Positions 7,216 through 17,900 of a stretch of DNA of 27,688 nt are shown piece by piece. Below the pieces are notes generated by a model. That model saw nothing but the letters and a program-made list of their open reading frames with translations. It did no database searches and was not told the DNA's origin. This DNA is from a virus. Taxonomy: Duplodnaviria; Caudoviricetes. Numbering within the stretch: position 1 is the stretch's first letter; every line of letters begins with the position of its first letter. The stretch is taken from positions 1 to 27,688 of the IMG/VR virus record IMGVR_UViG_3300042894_001828. One strand, 5' to 3'. A program made the position numbers and the translations under genes.

Positions 7216-10200
7216 TGGATAACAATGTAAATAGACCACATAAAGGTATGATGCAGGATGTTAATCCTGTTGACCAACCTAAAGAATCATATAGATATGC
7301 ACTTAATGCTGTCAATGAAACAAGTGAAGGTAACAGAACAATGTTATCTAATGAAAAAGGAAATGAGGAATGTTATACTCTTCCTAATGGATATTATAGA
7401 ATAGGTAAAGTTTATACCAAAGATAATGAGATAGTTATCTTTAGTACTAATGGAACTAATAGTGAAATAGGTACAGTAAAGAATTGTGAGTACATTCAAA
7501 TAGTAAATTCTGAATGTTTAGGATTTAGTATTGAATATCAGATAGATGCAACTTATAGAATAAGAAGAGGTTGTGAAAAAGTAATTTATTTTACAGATGG
7601 GTTAAATTCTGTAAGACAAGTTAATCTTAATAAATTAGAAGATTATTATAGTGATGCATATTTAGCTTGGTTAGATAATCCTATTGGCCCATTTGTAGGT
7701 GAAAAATGGAATTGTGTTAAATTTAATTTAATTCAACCATTTCAAATTCCTTGTTTTTCTGAAATAGAAGTTTTAAATACTGGTGGTCAATTAGAAGCAG
7801 GTTCATATAATTTTGCTATTCAACTACTTAATGAAAGTGGTAATCCTACTAATTGGATTATAACTTCAAGACCTGTTAATATTTACCATGATAATATTTT
7901 TTCAACTTATAATAATATCAATGGTTCATCTCAATTAGAATATGATGGAGTAGGAGGTGTTACAGCTAAAACAAATAAATCAATACAAATTAATTTATCT
8001 AATTTAGACCCTGACTTTACTTATTATAGAATTGCTGCAATTCATGCAACTCAATTTACAGGATTAGTAAACAAGTGTTTAGTATCTCCTAATATACCTA
8101 TTGACCAAACTACATTTATATATGATGGAGGAATAAATGGTTATACAGAAATATCTGTTGAGGAAATTAAACCAGGTAAAATTGATATTGAACTTGCTAG
8201 ACACTTAGAGCAATTAGAAAATAAATTATTACTTGCTAATACAAAAGGTAAACAAGTAAACTTTTGTGGATTTCAACAATATGCATCTAAAATACATTCT
8301 CGTTATATTGTAAAAGAAATAGGTGATACAGATATTAGTGAAGTAGGTAATCCTAAAAATCCTATATCTCCTAATGAAGTTATTGGATTTATGGGTGGTG
8401 AAGTATATGCTATGGGTATAGTTTATGTATTTGCTGATGGATTTGAATCTCCTGTTTATCATATTCCTGGACCACCTAAAAATCAAAGATGGAATTGGAA
8501 TACAGGTAATTGTGAACCTACAAATGATGATAGTTTAATTAATACTTGGACTCATAATATAGAACATATTGTACCATTAAGTCAAGAAACTCAGTATAAT
8601 GATGGATTAATTCCTAAAGTAGAAAAATGGAGAGTATATGAAACTGCTATTGCAACTAATCCTGGTGTTGAAGGACAAATGGCATATTGGGAATGTTTTG
8701 GAAGTGTTTATGAAAATATAGATTCTTGTGCATCAGGAGATTATTGGGGAGAAGATATATGTGGTAATCCACTTGTTAGTACACCTGTAAGACATCATAG
8801 GTTTCCTTCTCGTACTTTAGAACACCATGTAGATAATGATAACTCAATAAATTCATTTTATAATTTATCAGTTACAGTTACTTTAAATGATGGGTTTGTG
8901 TGGCCTGACCCTGGAAATGCTATTGATTTAACTACTACTTATGATTATAATATACCTCCTCCAACTACACAAACTCCTGTAACTACAAGTATTTCAGAAT
9001 CAGATTTATATGAATCATCATATACTTTTACAGTAGTTACAGAACCAGGAAATGACCCTAATGATATTTTTAGTAATGTAGCATTTAGTGGTACAATGAT
9101 TACTAGTTGGGGTGCTGAATTTACTGTTACTTATAGTATTAATTTTGCATATCAAAATTATGTAAATAACACTACACTTAAACTATTAGGAATTAAATTT
9201 ACTAATGTAGAATATCCACATCCTGATATTGTAGGTCATTATTTTGTTAGAGCTGAAAGAGATGATTTTAATAGAACTATACTTGATGCAGGTATAGGAG
9301 GAAAAGCTAGAAGTCAGAATACTAATTCTTATAACTATACTACATTTACATATTTTACTCGACTTAATGGAGATGGTGGAGGGCATGGTTATATATTTAA
9401 TCCAAAATTTTTATATAAAAAAGATATACTTGTTCCTGAATATATTAAATTAGAAAATGAATTTCAATATACAAATAGTACATTTTATTATGAAAGATAT
9501 GATGGAGTAGGAACATTTATAGGTGATTGGGATAGTGGAATAGAAGTTAGAGTTCAAAATTATAGTGGAGTAACTAATGGTGTATTTACAGGTAGAAATC
9601 TTTGCAGGTTAAAAATACTTGCAATGGATGCTTTATCTTATGATGATACTTATGAACCAGGTAGAAGAATGTATAATTTATCTTGGTCTAATAGAGTACA
9701 AATGATTAAGACTGGACAATTGTTTCCTCCTAATCAAGGATTAGATGAAAGGAATATTTCTTACATAACTATGAGAGTAGATAGAAATGTTCATTGTCAA
9801 TTAAACTCTATTAAGTATTATAAGATGCATAATTGTATGTTGAAAGCAAATTCAAAAACTGATGATTTTGGATTATATGCAGGTGATGTATCTATTACAC
9901 ATTTTAATTTATCTAACTCATTAGTAAGAGAATCATTTTCAGGATTCTTTGATGAAATAATTACAGCACTTGCTATTGTTGCAGCATTAGTAATAACTAT
10001 AGTAACAGTGGGTGCAGGAGCACCTGTGTGGGTTTTAGTTCTTGCAATAGGTGGTGCTGCTGTAGGAGTAACTGCAACAAAAATAGCTGCATTTTGGAAT
10101 GCATTTAAACAAAGTGAATTAGATGTATTATGTCAAGACCCTGAATTAGATAGCATGTCAGTTAGTCTTGGTAATTGTTTATTTTATGCTAATGAACATC

Positions 10201-11945
10201 TTGTTGGAGTATATGTAGAATCAGAAATTAATACTGCTTTAAGACAAGTAGAAAATAATGTTTGTGGTAGTTATTATAATTATACACAAGATATAGAAGA
10301 ATACTTTAGAGATAGATGGTTATTCTTTGATGAAGATAAAAAGAAATATTTAGCCAAGTCAAGTTGTTGTCCAGAGATATATCACTATAATGTTGACTTT
10401 AGTAGAATGGATAAACAAAAAGTTTATTTTCCATTACCATCTCTTTATGATTGTTGTTCAGATTGTTTAGAGTCTTTTCCTGATAGAGTATATTATTCTG
10501 AAACAAGTTTTCAAGAAGAACTAAGTGATAACTATAGAGTATTTTTAGCTAACAATTATAGAGATATAGAAGCAGAGCATGGTGGCATTACAGGATTAGT
10601 AAGAAAGAATAATTCATTGTTTGTATTTACTGAAGAGTGTTTATGGTTACTACCTCAAAATGTACAACAAAGTATTGTTAATGAAGTAGTTACATTTATA
10701 GGTACTGGAGAATACTTCTCAATACCTCCAAGAAAAATGGTAGATTCAGATATGGGTAGTGCAGGTACTAATCATAAATGGAGTATTCTTAAATCACCTC
10801 TTGGTATATTTTATGCTTCTGAATATGAAAAGAGTTTATATCTTGTTAGTGGTGCAGAAGGAGGGTTAGCAAAAATAAGTGGTGAAGGTATGTATAATTG
10901 GTTTCAAGAATATCTTAAACCATATCTTGCTCAACAATTCTTTGACCTTACAGGTGAAGTATTCCCTAATGCTGACAATCCTAATAATCCTAATGGTATA
11001 GGTATTCATTCAGTATTTGACCCAAGACATCAAAGAGTTATCTTTACTAAAAGAGATTATTTATTAAGACCTAACTATGTAAATAATTTTCAAATAATAA
11101 GTATTGATGCTGGTTATGTAGGATTAATTCCTGGTTCAGTATATTTTAATATAGACACTAATAACTTTGTGTATTATGGATTTAAAGAAGATTTTACAAA
11201 CATTATTTTTAATGATGCTACATTTTTTGAAAATAAATCATTTACTATTTCATTTTCATTGCTAACTAAAACTTGGGTATCATTTCATTCTTATCTTCCA
11301 CTATTCTATTCTCAAGACCAAAATACTTTTTACTCAGCTGATGGAGAAACAGAGTGGGAACATAATATTCAAGGATTATATCAAAAGTATTATGATACTC
11401 TTTACTCACATATAATTGAAACAGTATCAGTATCTAATCCTATAACTACAAGACTATGGGAAGATATTATGTTACAAACTATTGCTAAAAAATATGATGC
11501 AGTAAATCAAGATTATTATGAAGAAAGAAATGTTACATTTAACAGATTAACAGTTTATAATAACAGACAAATATCTGGTGAAGTACAATTGATTGCTAAA
11601 AATTTACAAGCTAACCCAGCAGATTTTTATGAGAATCAAACTACTAACAATGCTACATCAGTTGTAATAGATAGAGCTGAAAGAGATTGGAGAATAAATG
11701 ATTTTAGAGATGTAAGAATTAATTATACAATTCCTATGTTTACTAAAGACTGGTCAGCTATATCTTCTCAATATCCTATTGATAAAGTTATTAATCCTGC
11801 TGCAATTAATGTAAACAAAGATTGGTATGACCAAGAAAACTTTAGAGATAAATATTTAGTAATGAGATTAAGATTCACTAACTTTGAGGATGTAGAACTA
11901 ACTACTAACTTTATTATTGAAACTGAACAAAATTCTATAAGATAA
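7215..11945 (+). CDS. Tail stabilisation / muzzle protein (crAss Tstab-like, beta-propeller rich)
   Basis: 1576 aa. N-terminal KGMMQD...QPKESYRYALNA, IYFTDGLNSVR, FMGGEVYAMGIVY, HHRFP, F..NNYRDI...GGIT.L and TISFS..TKTWVSFHSYLP. Follows Ttub and precedes the cargo genes. Confidence 0.8.
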   Translation: MDNNVNRPHKGMMQDVNPVDQPKESYRYALNAVNETSEGNRTMLSNEKGNEECYTLPNGYYRIGKVYTKDNEIVIFSTNGTNSEIGTVKNCEYIQIVNSECLGFSIEYQIDATYRIRRGCEKVIYFTDGLNSVRQVNLNKLEDYYSDAYLAWLDNPIGPFVGEKWNCVKFNLIQPFQIPCFSEIEVLNTGGQLEAGSYNFAIQLLNESGNPTNWIITSRPVNIYHDNIFSTYNNINGSSQLEYDGVGGVTAKTNKSIQINLSNLDPDFTYYRIAAIHATQFTGLVNKCLVSPNIPIDQTTFIYDGGINGYTEISVEEIKPGKIDIELARHLEQLENKLLLANTKGKQVNFCGFQQYASKIHSRYIVKEIGDTDISEVGNPKNPISPNEVIGFMGGEVYAMGIVYVFADGFESPVYHIPGPPKNQRWNWNTGNCEPTNDDSLINTWTHNIEHIVPLSQETQYNDGLIPKVEKWRVYETAIATNPGVEGQMAYWECFGSVYENIDSCASGDYWGEDICGNPLVSTPVRHHRFPSRTLEHHVDNDNSINSFYNLSVTVTLNDGFVWPDPGNAIDLTTTYDYNIPPPTTQTPVTTSISESDLYESSYTFTVVTEPGNDPNDIFSNVAFSGTMITSWGAEFTVTYSINFAYQNYVNNTTLKLLGIKFTNVEYPHPDIVGHYFVRAERDDFNRTILDAGIGGKARSQNTNSYNYTTFTYFTRLNGDGGGHGYIFNPKFLYKKDILVPEYIKLENEFQYTNSTFYYERYDGVGTFIGDWDSGIEVRVQNYSGVTNGVFTGRNLCRLKILAMDALSYDDTYEPGRRMYNLSWSNRVQMIKTGQLFPPNQGLDERNISYITMRVDRNVHCQLNSIKYYKMHNCMLKANSKTDDFGLYAGDVSITHFNLSNSLVRESFSGFFDEIITALAIVAALVITIVTVGAGAPVWVLVLAIGGAAVGVTATKIAAFWNAFKQSELDVLCQDPELDSMSVSLGNCLFYANEHLVGVYVESEINTALRQVENNVCGSYYNYTQDIEEYFRDRWLFFDEDKKKYLAKSSCCPEIYHYNVDFSRMDKQKVYFPLPSLYDCCSDCLESFPDRVYYSETSFQEELSDNYRVFLANNYRDIEAEHGGITGLVRKNNSLFVFTEECLWLLPQNVQQSIVNEVVTFIGTGEYFSIPPRKMVDSDMGSAGTNHKWSILKSPLGIFYASEYEKSLYLVSGAEGGLAKISGEGMYNWFQEYLKPYLAQQFFDLTGEVFPNADNPNNPNGIGIHSVFDPRHQRVIFTKRDYLLRPNYVNNFQIISIDAGYVGLIPGSVYFNIDTNNFVYYGFKEDFTNIIFNDATFFENKSFTISFSLLTKTWVSFHSYLPLFYSQDQNTFYSADGETEWEHNIQGLYQKYYDTLYSHIIETVSVSNPITTRLWEDIMLQTIAKKYDAVNQDYYEERNVTFNRLTVYNNRQISGEVQLIAKNLQANPADFYENQTTNNATSVVIDRAERDWRINDFRDVRINYTIPMFTKDWSAISSQYPIDKVINPAAINVNKDWYDQENFRDKYLVMRLRFTNFEDVELTTNFIIETEQNSIR

Positions 11946-14900
11946 TGAGTAAGCAAAAGAAAAAACTTAAAAAAAATCAGGTACAAGTTGACAGTAAAAT
12001 TTACGATGTCAACTCTCCTAATTATGCTCAAATGTATGAAGATAAGTTTGAAGATGGTGATATAGTTTGGAGTGAAGCTGACCAAGAATGGGTAAGTGTT
12101 CCAAAAAGTATGAATAAACTTTGGGATGAATTTTATAAAAAGCAAAGAGTAGGTAAAGCTCAAGATAAAGTTAGAAAAGGTAGAGGTAAATTTGTAAAAG
12201 GAGCAGTTCAAGGAGTAGGTACTGCATTAGCTTATACTGGTGAAGTAATGAATACTCCATTAGCATTAATGGGAGAAGCTTTATCAGGCAGAAATGATTA
12301 TTATTCTGCATTGCCTAATTTAACAAGAGCAATGAAAGATATGGGGTTAGAAGGTCAACTAACATCTGAAGATAAAAAATGGTTACCTACTAATGACCAA
12401 ATGACTCCTGGTGCATTGGTTTCTGATAATCCTTTAGTACAAATGGGTATAGATGTACCTTTAGATATTTTAACAGGAAAAGCATTTACAAAAACATCTA
12501 AGTATGCTAAACAATTAAATAAATTACAAGATGTTTTACCAAACTTATTTAAAAATAAGTTTAAAAATAAAACAGGAATAGATTATGTTAAAAATGTAAC
12601 ATCAGACCCAAGATATGCGCAAAAAGCTAAAGAGCTTGATGTTAAATATGGTGATACATCAATACAAGAAAGACCTACTAATAGTAATTTAACTTTAACT
12701 GACCAACAACAAACAACTGATTTTAATCCTTTTGCAAGACAATTAACATTGCGAGAAACAAGAACAAGAAGACCTTTGAGAAATAATGATTATAGACCTT
12801 CTTTATTATTTGGGCCATTTCAACAAAGGAACGAGTTTGAAGATGCAGCTGGTCTTTTTACTAGAATGTCTAATTATACTCAAACTCCTGAATATTATAA
12901 AAATATATTTACTAATGTAGATTTTGGTGATGAATATTTAAAAAACTTAAAGAAGAGTATTGATGATTTAACAACTGAAGAATTTAACGAAGCTCAAAGA
13001 CAAAGTAGGGTATTAGGTAGATTTACTCCTGGTTTAAATATAACACAAGTAAGAGTAGATAATGCATTACCACATGAATTAAAACATAAAGAACATTTTA
13101 CAAAAAAATGGAGAGCACAATTTCCAGAAAAATACAAAGAAGCAATTTCTCAAAATTTTGATGAAACTAATATTAGAGATAATTATACTAAATACAGATT
13201 AGATCCAGTAGAACAAGAAGCTTGGTTATCAAGAGATTTAAAAAAATTAATGGTAGATAAAGGATTTATAAAAAGTCCATTTGAACAAATAGACGAAACT
13301 ACACTTGATAAATTTATAAAAACTGATGATTATATATTTACACCTGAACTTATTAAAAGATTAAATAAACCAAACTTTTTAAAATGGTTAAATGAAGCAT
13401 TACCAGCAACAACTGGAGTTGCAACTGCTGGTACAATTGGTTCTCAGTTAATGTCACAAGAAGAATCTGCACCTGAACAAAAAGCTATGGGAGGAAAAAT
13501 AACTAATACGAAAAAGAAACTTCCTAAATATCAAACAGGTGGACCAATAGAACCAACAAATACTACATCATTAGACTTTTTAAAACAAATGACAAACAGT
13601 CCTTTGTTTAATGAAAGGTATGCTATGATGACAAATAAACCTATAACAAATATATCTACTGAAGCTGATGATTACAGACAGTTTATAAATAATAATTTAA
13701 ATACTGTTAAGATTGGTGATTATGAAAATTCTGACAAAGGAGCTTGGGAAGGTGTTTATTATCCTCAATTTTCTGAGGATGAAAAAAATAAAATGAATGC
13801 TCAACTACAAGAATTGGAAAAAAGTAAAGAAAAATTTATAGAAAATTATGGTTATACTACTATAATGGATAATCCAAATCTTACAGAAAGTCTTTTAAAT
13901 TATGCTAAAAATATAAGGTCTTATAAGAGTAAAGTAAATAATCCTCATACTGTATTTATAAATGAAAATCAAGATTTACCAGCTACAGAATTACATGAAC
14001 TTTCTCATGCTTCTACATTAGGTCGTAGAGGTTTAAAGTATTTTAATAATCCATTTACAATAGATGAAGCTAATTTACCAGAAGATTTTAAAGAAGTTTA
14101 TAATGACAAAGAATATTATGAAAGACCTACTGAAGTAAAAGCAAGAGTAGATGCTGTTAGAAAGTGGATGTTAGATAATAACATGTATGACCCAGTTAAT
14201 GAAAGATTTGAAAAGAAACATTATGATGAATTAAAAAAGAATTTAGAACTTACTCCTTTAAAAGGTATGAGTAAAGAAAATTCATTAAAGTCACAAATAC
14301 AAGATTTAATGATTCCTTTTAAAGAAGAAGATGTAATTAAAATGTTTAATTCTTTTGTAAGTAATCAAAATAATACTCCTATATCTACTGCTGCTAATGG
14401 TGGTATAATAACTAATACTATGAAAAAGAAAAAATCGGTATTACAAAATAATAATTTTACAACAAGTGGAGATGAGTATGGAACAGGTGGTATGATTAAA
14501 AGAGCAGATGGTTCTTATTCTAAAAGAGGATTGTGGGATAATATTAGAGCTAATAAAGGTTCTAGTAAAAAGCCTACTAAAAAAATGTTAGAGCAAGAAA
14601 GAAAGATTAGAGCACAAATGGATAATGGTGGAACTGTATATCCATATCAAGAAAGATTAAATCAAAGTTTAAGACAACCAGGATTTAATCCTAATATAAG
14701 AGGAATGTCATCTGGTTTAAGTAATGTTGGACTAGGGTATAAAGTAGGTCCATTTAATCAAATGACAAGTATAACTAGTGATAGAAAATTAGCTCCTCTT
14801 AAAGATTTTACATTTGCTAGTGATAATCCTAATTCACAATTAAACTTTAATGCAAGGTTAGGATATAGAGATAGATTTGGATTTAAAGGTAGTGCTGATT

Positions 14901-17900
14901 ATACAAACTCTACAGCTGAAAATAATCCTAATGCTAAATTTAATTTAGGATTTGATAAGTATGGATTTACTGGAGATTACAATTATAACTTTAATAAAGA
15001 AAATCCTAACTTTGATTTTGGTGGAGGATATAAGGGTAATGGATTTGATGCAAACTTTAAAGCAACAAAAAATAAAGATGTTCCATATAATTATGAAGCT
15101 GGTTTAAATTATGATAGAGATGGAGTTACTGGTAACTTTGGATTTACTGGTAATCAAAATGATTATGATATTACAGCAGGTTTTAATGTGGGTGGCATAG
15201 GTACTAACTTTAATTATAAAGGTGGTAAAAAAGATGACTTTAAATCTATTCTTACAAAAGGTAAAAATAATAATCTTAAATCTAATAATGCTAAAAACAA
15301 ATCTAATTTTAATTTAGGATTATTAGATTATGATAGAAATGGTCTTACTGCTAACTATGCAATATCAAGAGATAATCAAGACCCACTTATACATGATGCT
15401 AAAATAGGTTATTCTAAAAATGGGTTTACTGGTAATCTTGGATTTACTGGAAATAAACTTGACCCTAATTATAATTTTAATCTTAACTTTGTTCCTGAAA
15501 AACAAGGGTTCACTACTAATGCAGCTGTTGATTATAAAAATAAAAACTTTGATGTTAGAACAGGACTTGGATATAAAGGTAAAAAATTTGCAACTAATGT
15601 AAATTACAAAACAAATTTAGACCTTGAAGAAGAAACTGGAAACAGAAGTTTAGATGCTAAAGTTGGATATAGAGGTAAAAACTTTAATGCAGATGCTAAT
15701 TATGAAAGACAATTTGCTACAGAAGAAAATCCTGCTACTAATAAATTAGGTGTTAATGTTGGATATAATAGAAATGGTTTTGGAGTTAAAGCTGGAGTTG
15801 ATTATAAAACTTTAAGTGAAGCTCAAAAAGAAAAAGATAAAGCATCCCCATTTGAAGTTAAAGCAGGAGTAACATATACTCCTAAAGGTAAAGCAAAACA
15901 AAAAACTACACCTTGGAAATTACCAAAAGAAATGATTAAAAAGAATGAAAGTATAAAGTTGATAGATGAAAATCAACCAACAAAAGGACAAAAAATGATT
16001 AATGCTTTAAAGGAAAGTCTTTCGCCAAGTGAGTATTATGCTCAATCACTTAATTTGAGTAAAAGAGCTTATGGTGGTACAATAACTGATGATATGAATA
16101 ACAAACTTCCTAAAATGTGGGCAGGTGGATTAACACCTATGCTTTTTGATGTAGGTGCTAATGCTTTAGTAAACCTTACAACTAAAGCTGTAACTGATAT
16201 GGTTAAAGCTATTAGAGAACCTGAACAAGAAATGAGGCCTACAAAACCTAATACAGGTTTTACTATGGCTTATGGTGGCATGATTGACCCATCAATGTAC
16301 ATGCAACAAATGATGTATGGTTCTTATGCACAAGGTGGACAAGTACCTCAAAACATTCCTGTTGAAGTAGAGGGAGGAGAAGCTTATGAACTACCTAATG
16401 GTGAAATGGGAGAGTTTGAAGGACCATCACATGATAATGGTGGAATACCAGTAGCACTTCCTGAACAAACTAAGGTTTATTCTAAACAATTAAAAGTCAA
16501 TGGTAAAACTATGGCAGATAGAAAAACTAAAAGAGAAGCTAATGTTGCTAAGTTAGAAAAGATACTTAGTAAAAATCCTTCTGATAAGTTTATAAAAGAA
16601 GCACTTAAAAGACAACAGGAAACTGCTGCTTTAGAAGAGCAGAGTGATATGGCTATGCAAGAACAAGCTAATCAGAAACAACAAATGCAACAACAAGCTC
16701 AACAGGGTATGATGCAAGAACAAGCAATGGCTGGTTTAATGCAAGACCCTGCTATGATGCAACAAATGGGAATGATGATGTATGGTGGTAAACTTGTTAA
16801 TGGTACTCCTCCTTATGGGTTATTAAATTATATATCCCCTACACTTGCTAATGCAGTTAATAAGCAACAATATAATAAACTAATTCCTACTGAAAATCTA
16901 TATGGAAAAGATTTTCAAGTTATGGAAGATTTAGAATATGATGAACAAGGAAATCCAATGACAGTAGTTTATGATGATAATATGTCTAAAACAAAATCTG
17001 TAAATACTTTAAATTCTAAAACTAAAGTTGCAAATATTACTCCTCCATATTTAACAGAAGAACAACTTAATCAATTTACAAATTTTAATACTAATCCATT
17101 AGACCTTAGAAAAAATGTAGGTGTTGATGTAACTAAACCAGAACCTCCAGGTGTAAATCCTTATGATGTAATGAGTAATATAATGGGAAATACATTTGAA
17201 AATATTGCTCTTTCAAAAGACCCATACATTAATACTAAAGGTGGAATGATTCCTAATCCACTTTACAATGAAGTGATTGGTAATAAAATGTTACCTGAAG
17301 AAGACCCTAAGAAACCTAATAAGTTTATGAACTTTTTAAATAAAGCAGTAGACCAAACAGGTGATTTCTTTAGTGGGTTGTTTGATAAAGATGGTAAACC
17401 TAAAAAAGAAAAAGGTACTAAGTCAGATGAAGGTTTAGATTATACTCGTGGTGATTTAATGGGTATGGCAGGTACATTGTTTGGTGGACTTGCACCTGCT
17501 ACAACTACTATGTTAAATAGAATGATGACTCCTAAGAATCAAAACTTCTTTAGAGAATTTGGTGCTGAAGGATTAAGAGCTATGCAAGAAGCACAAGCAC
17601 TCTCTGGTATTAATAGAGATAAACAATTAGCTGATATTAAATTAGGAGAAGAAGCATCAAGACAAAGAGGTAGAAATTCTGCAAGAGGTGTTAATACTTT
17701 AAGAGCAATGGATATTGCTGCTGATATGGGAGCTAACCAAGCACAGAACCAAGCTTACAATGCTTATGCTCAACAGATGATGCAGTTGTTAGGTCAAAAA
17801 GCACAAATGGAAAATCAACAAGACCAAGCAGTAATGACAGGTGAATACCAAAGAGATTTAGCTGATAGACAAGATGTTGATAACTTCTACAGTAACCTTA

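Noticed and set aside
8229-12211. Minus-strand ORFs 8229..8486, 9186..9386 and 11768..12211
   Set aside because: They lie antisense to long, well-supported genes and have the F/I/S-rich composition typical of shadows.
15420-15602. Alternative-frame 60-aa Leu/Ile-rich ORF
   Set aside because: Off-frame product of the T-ending codon bias in the beta-repeat region.
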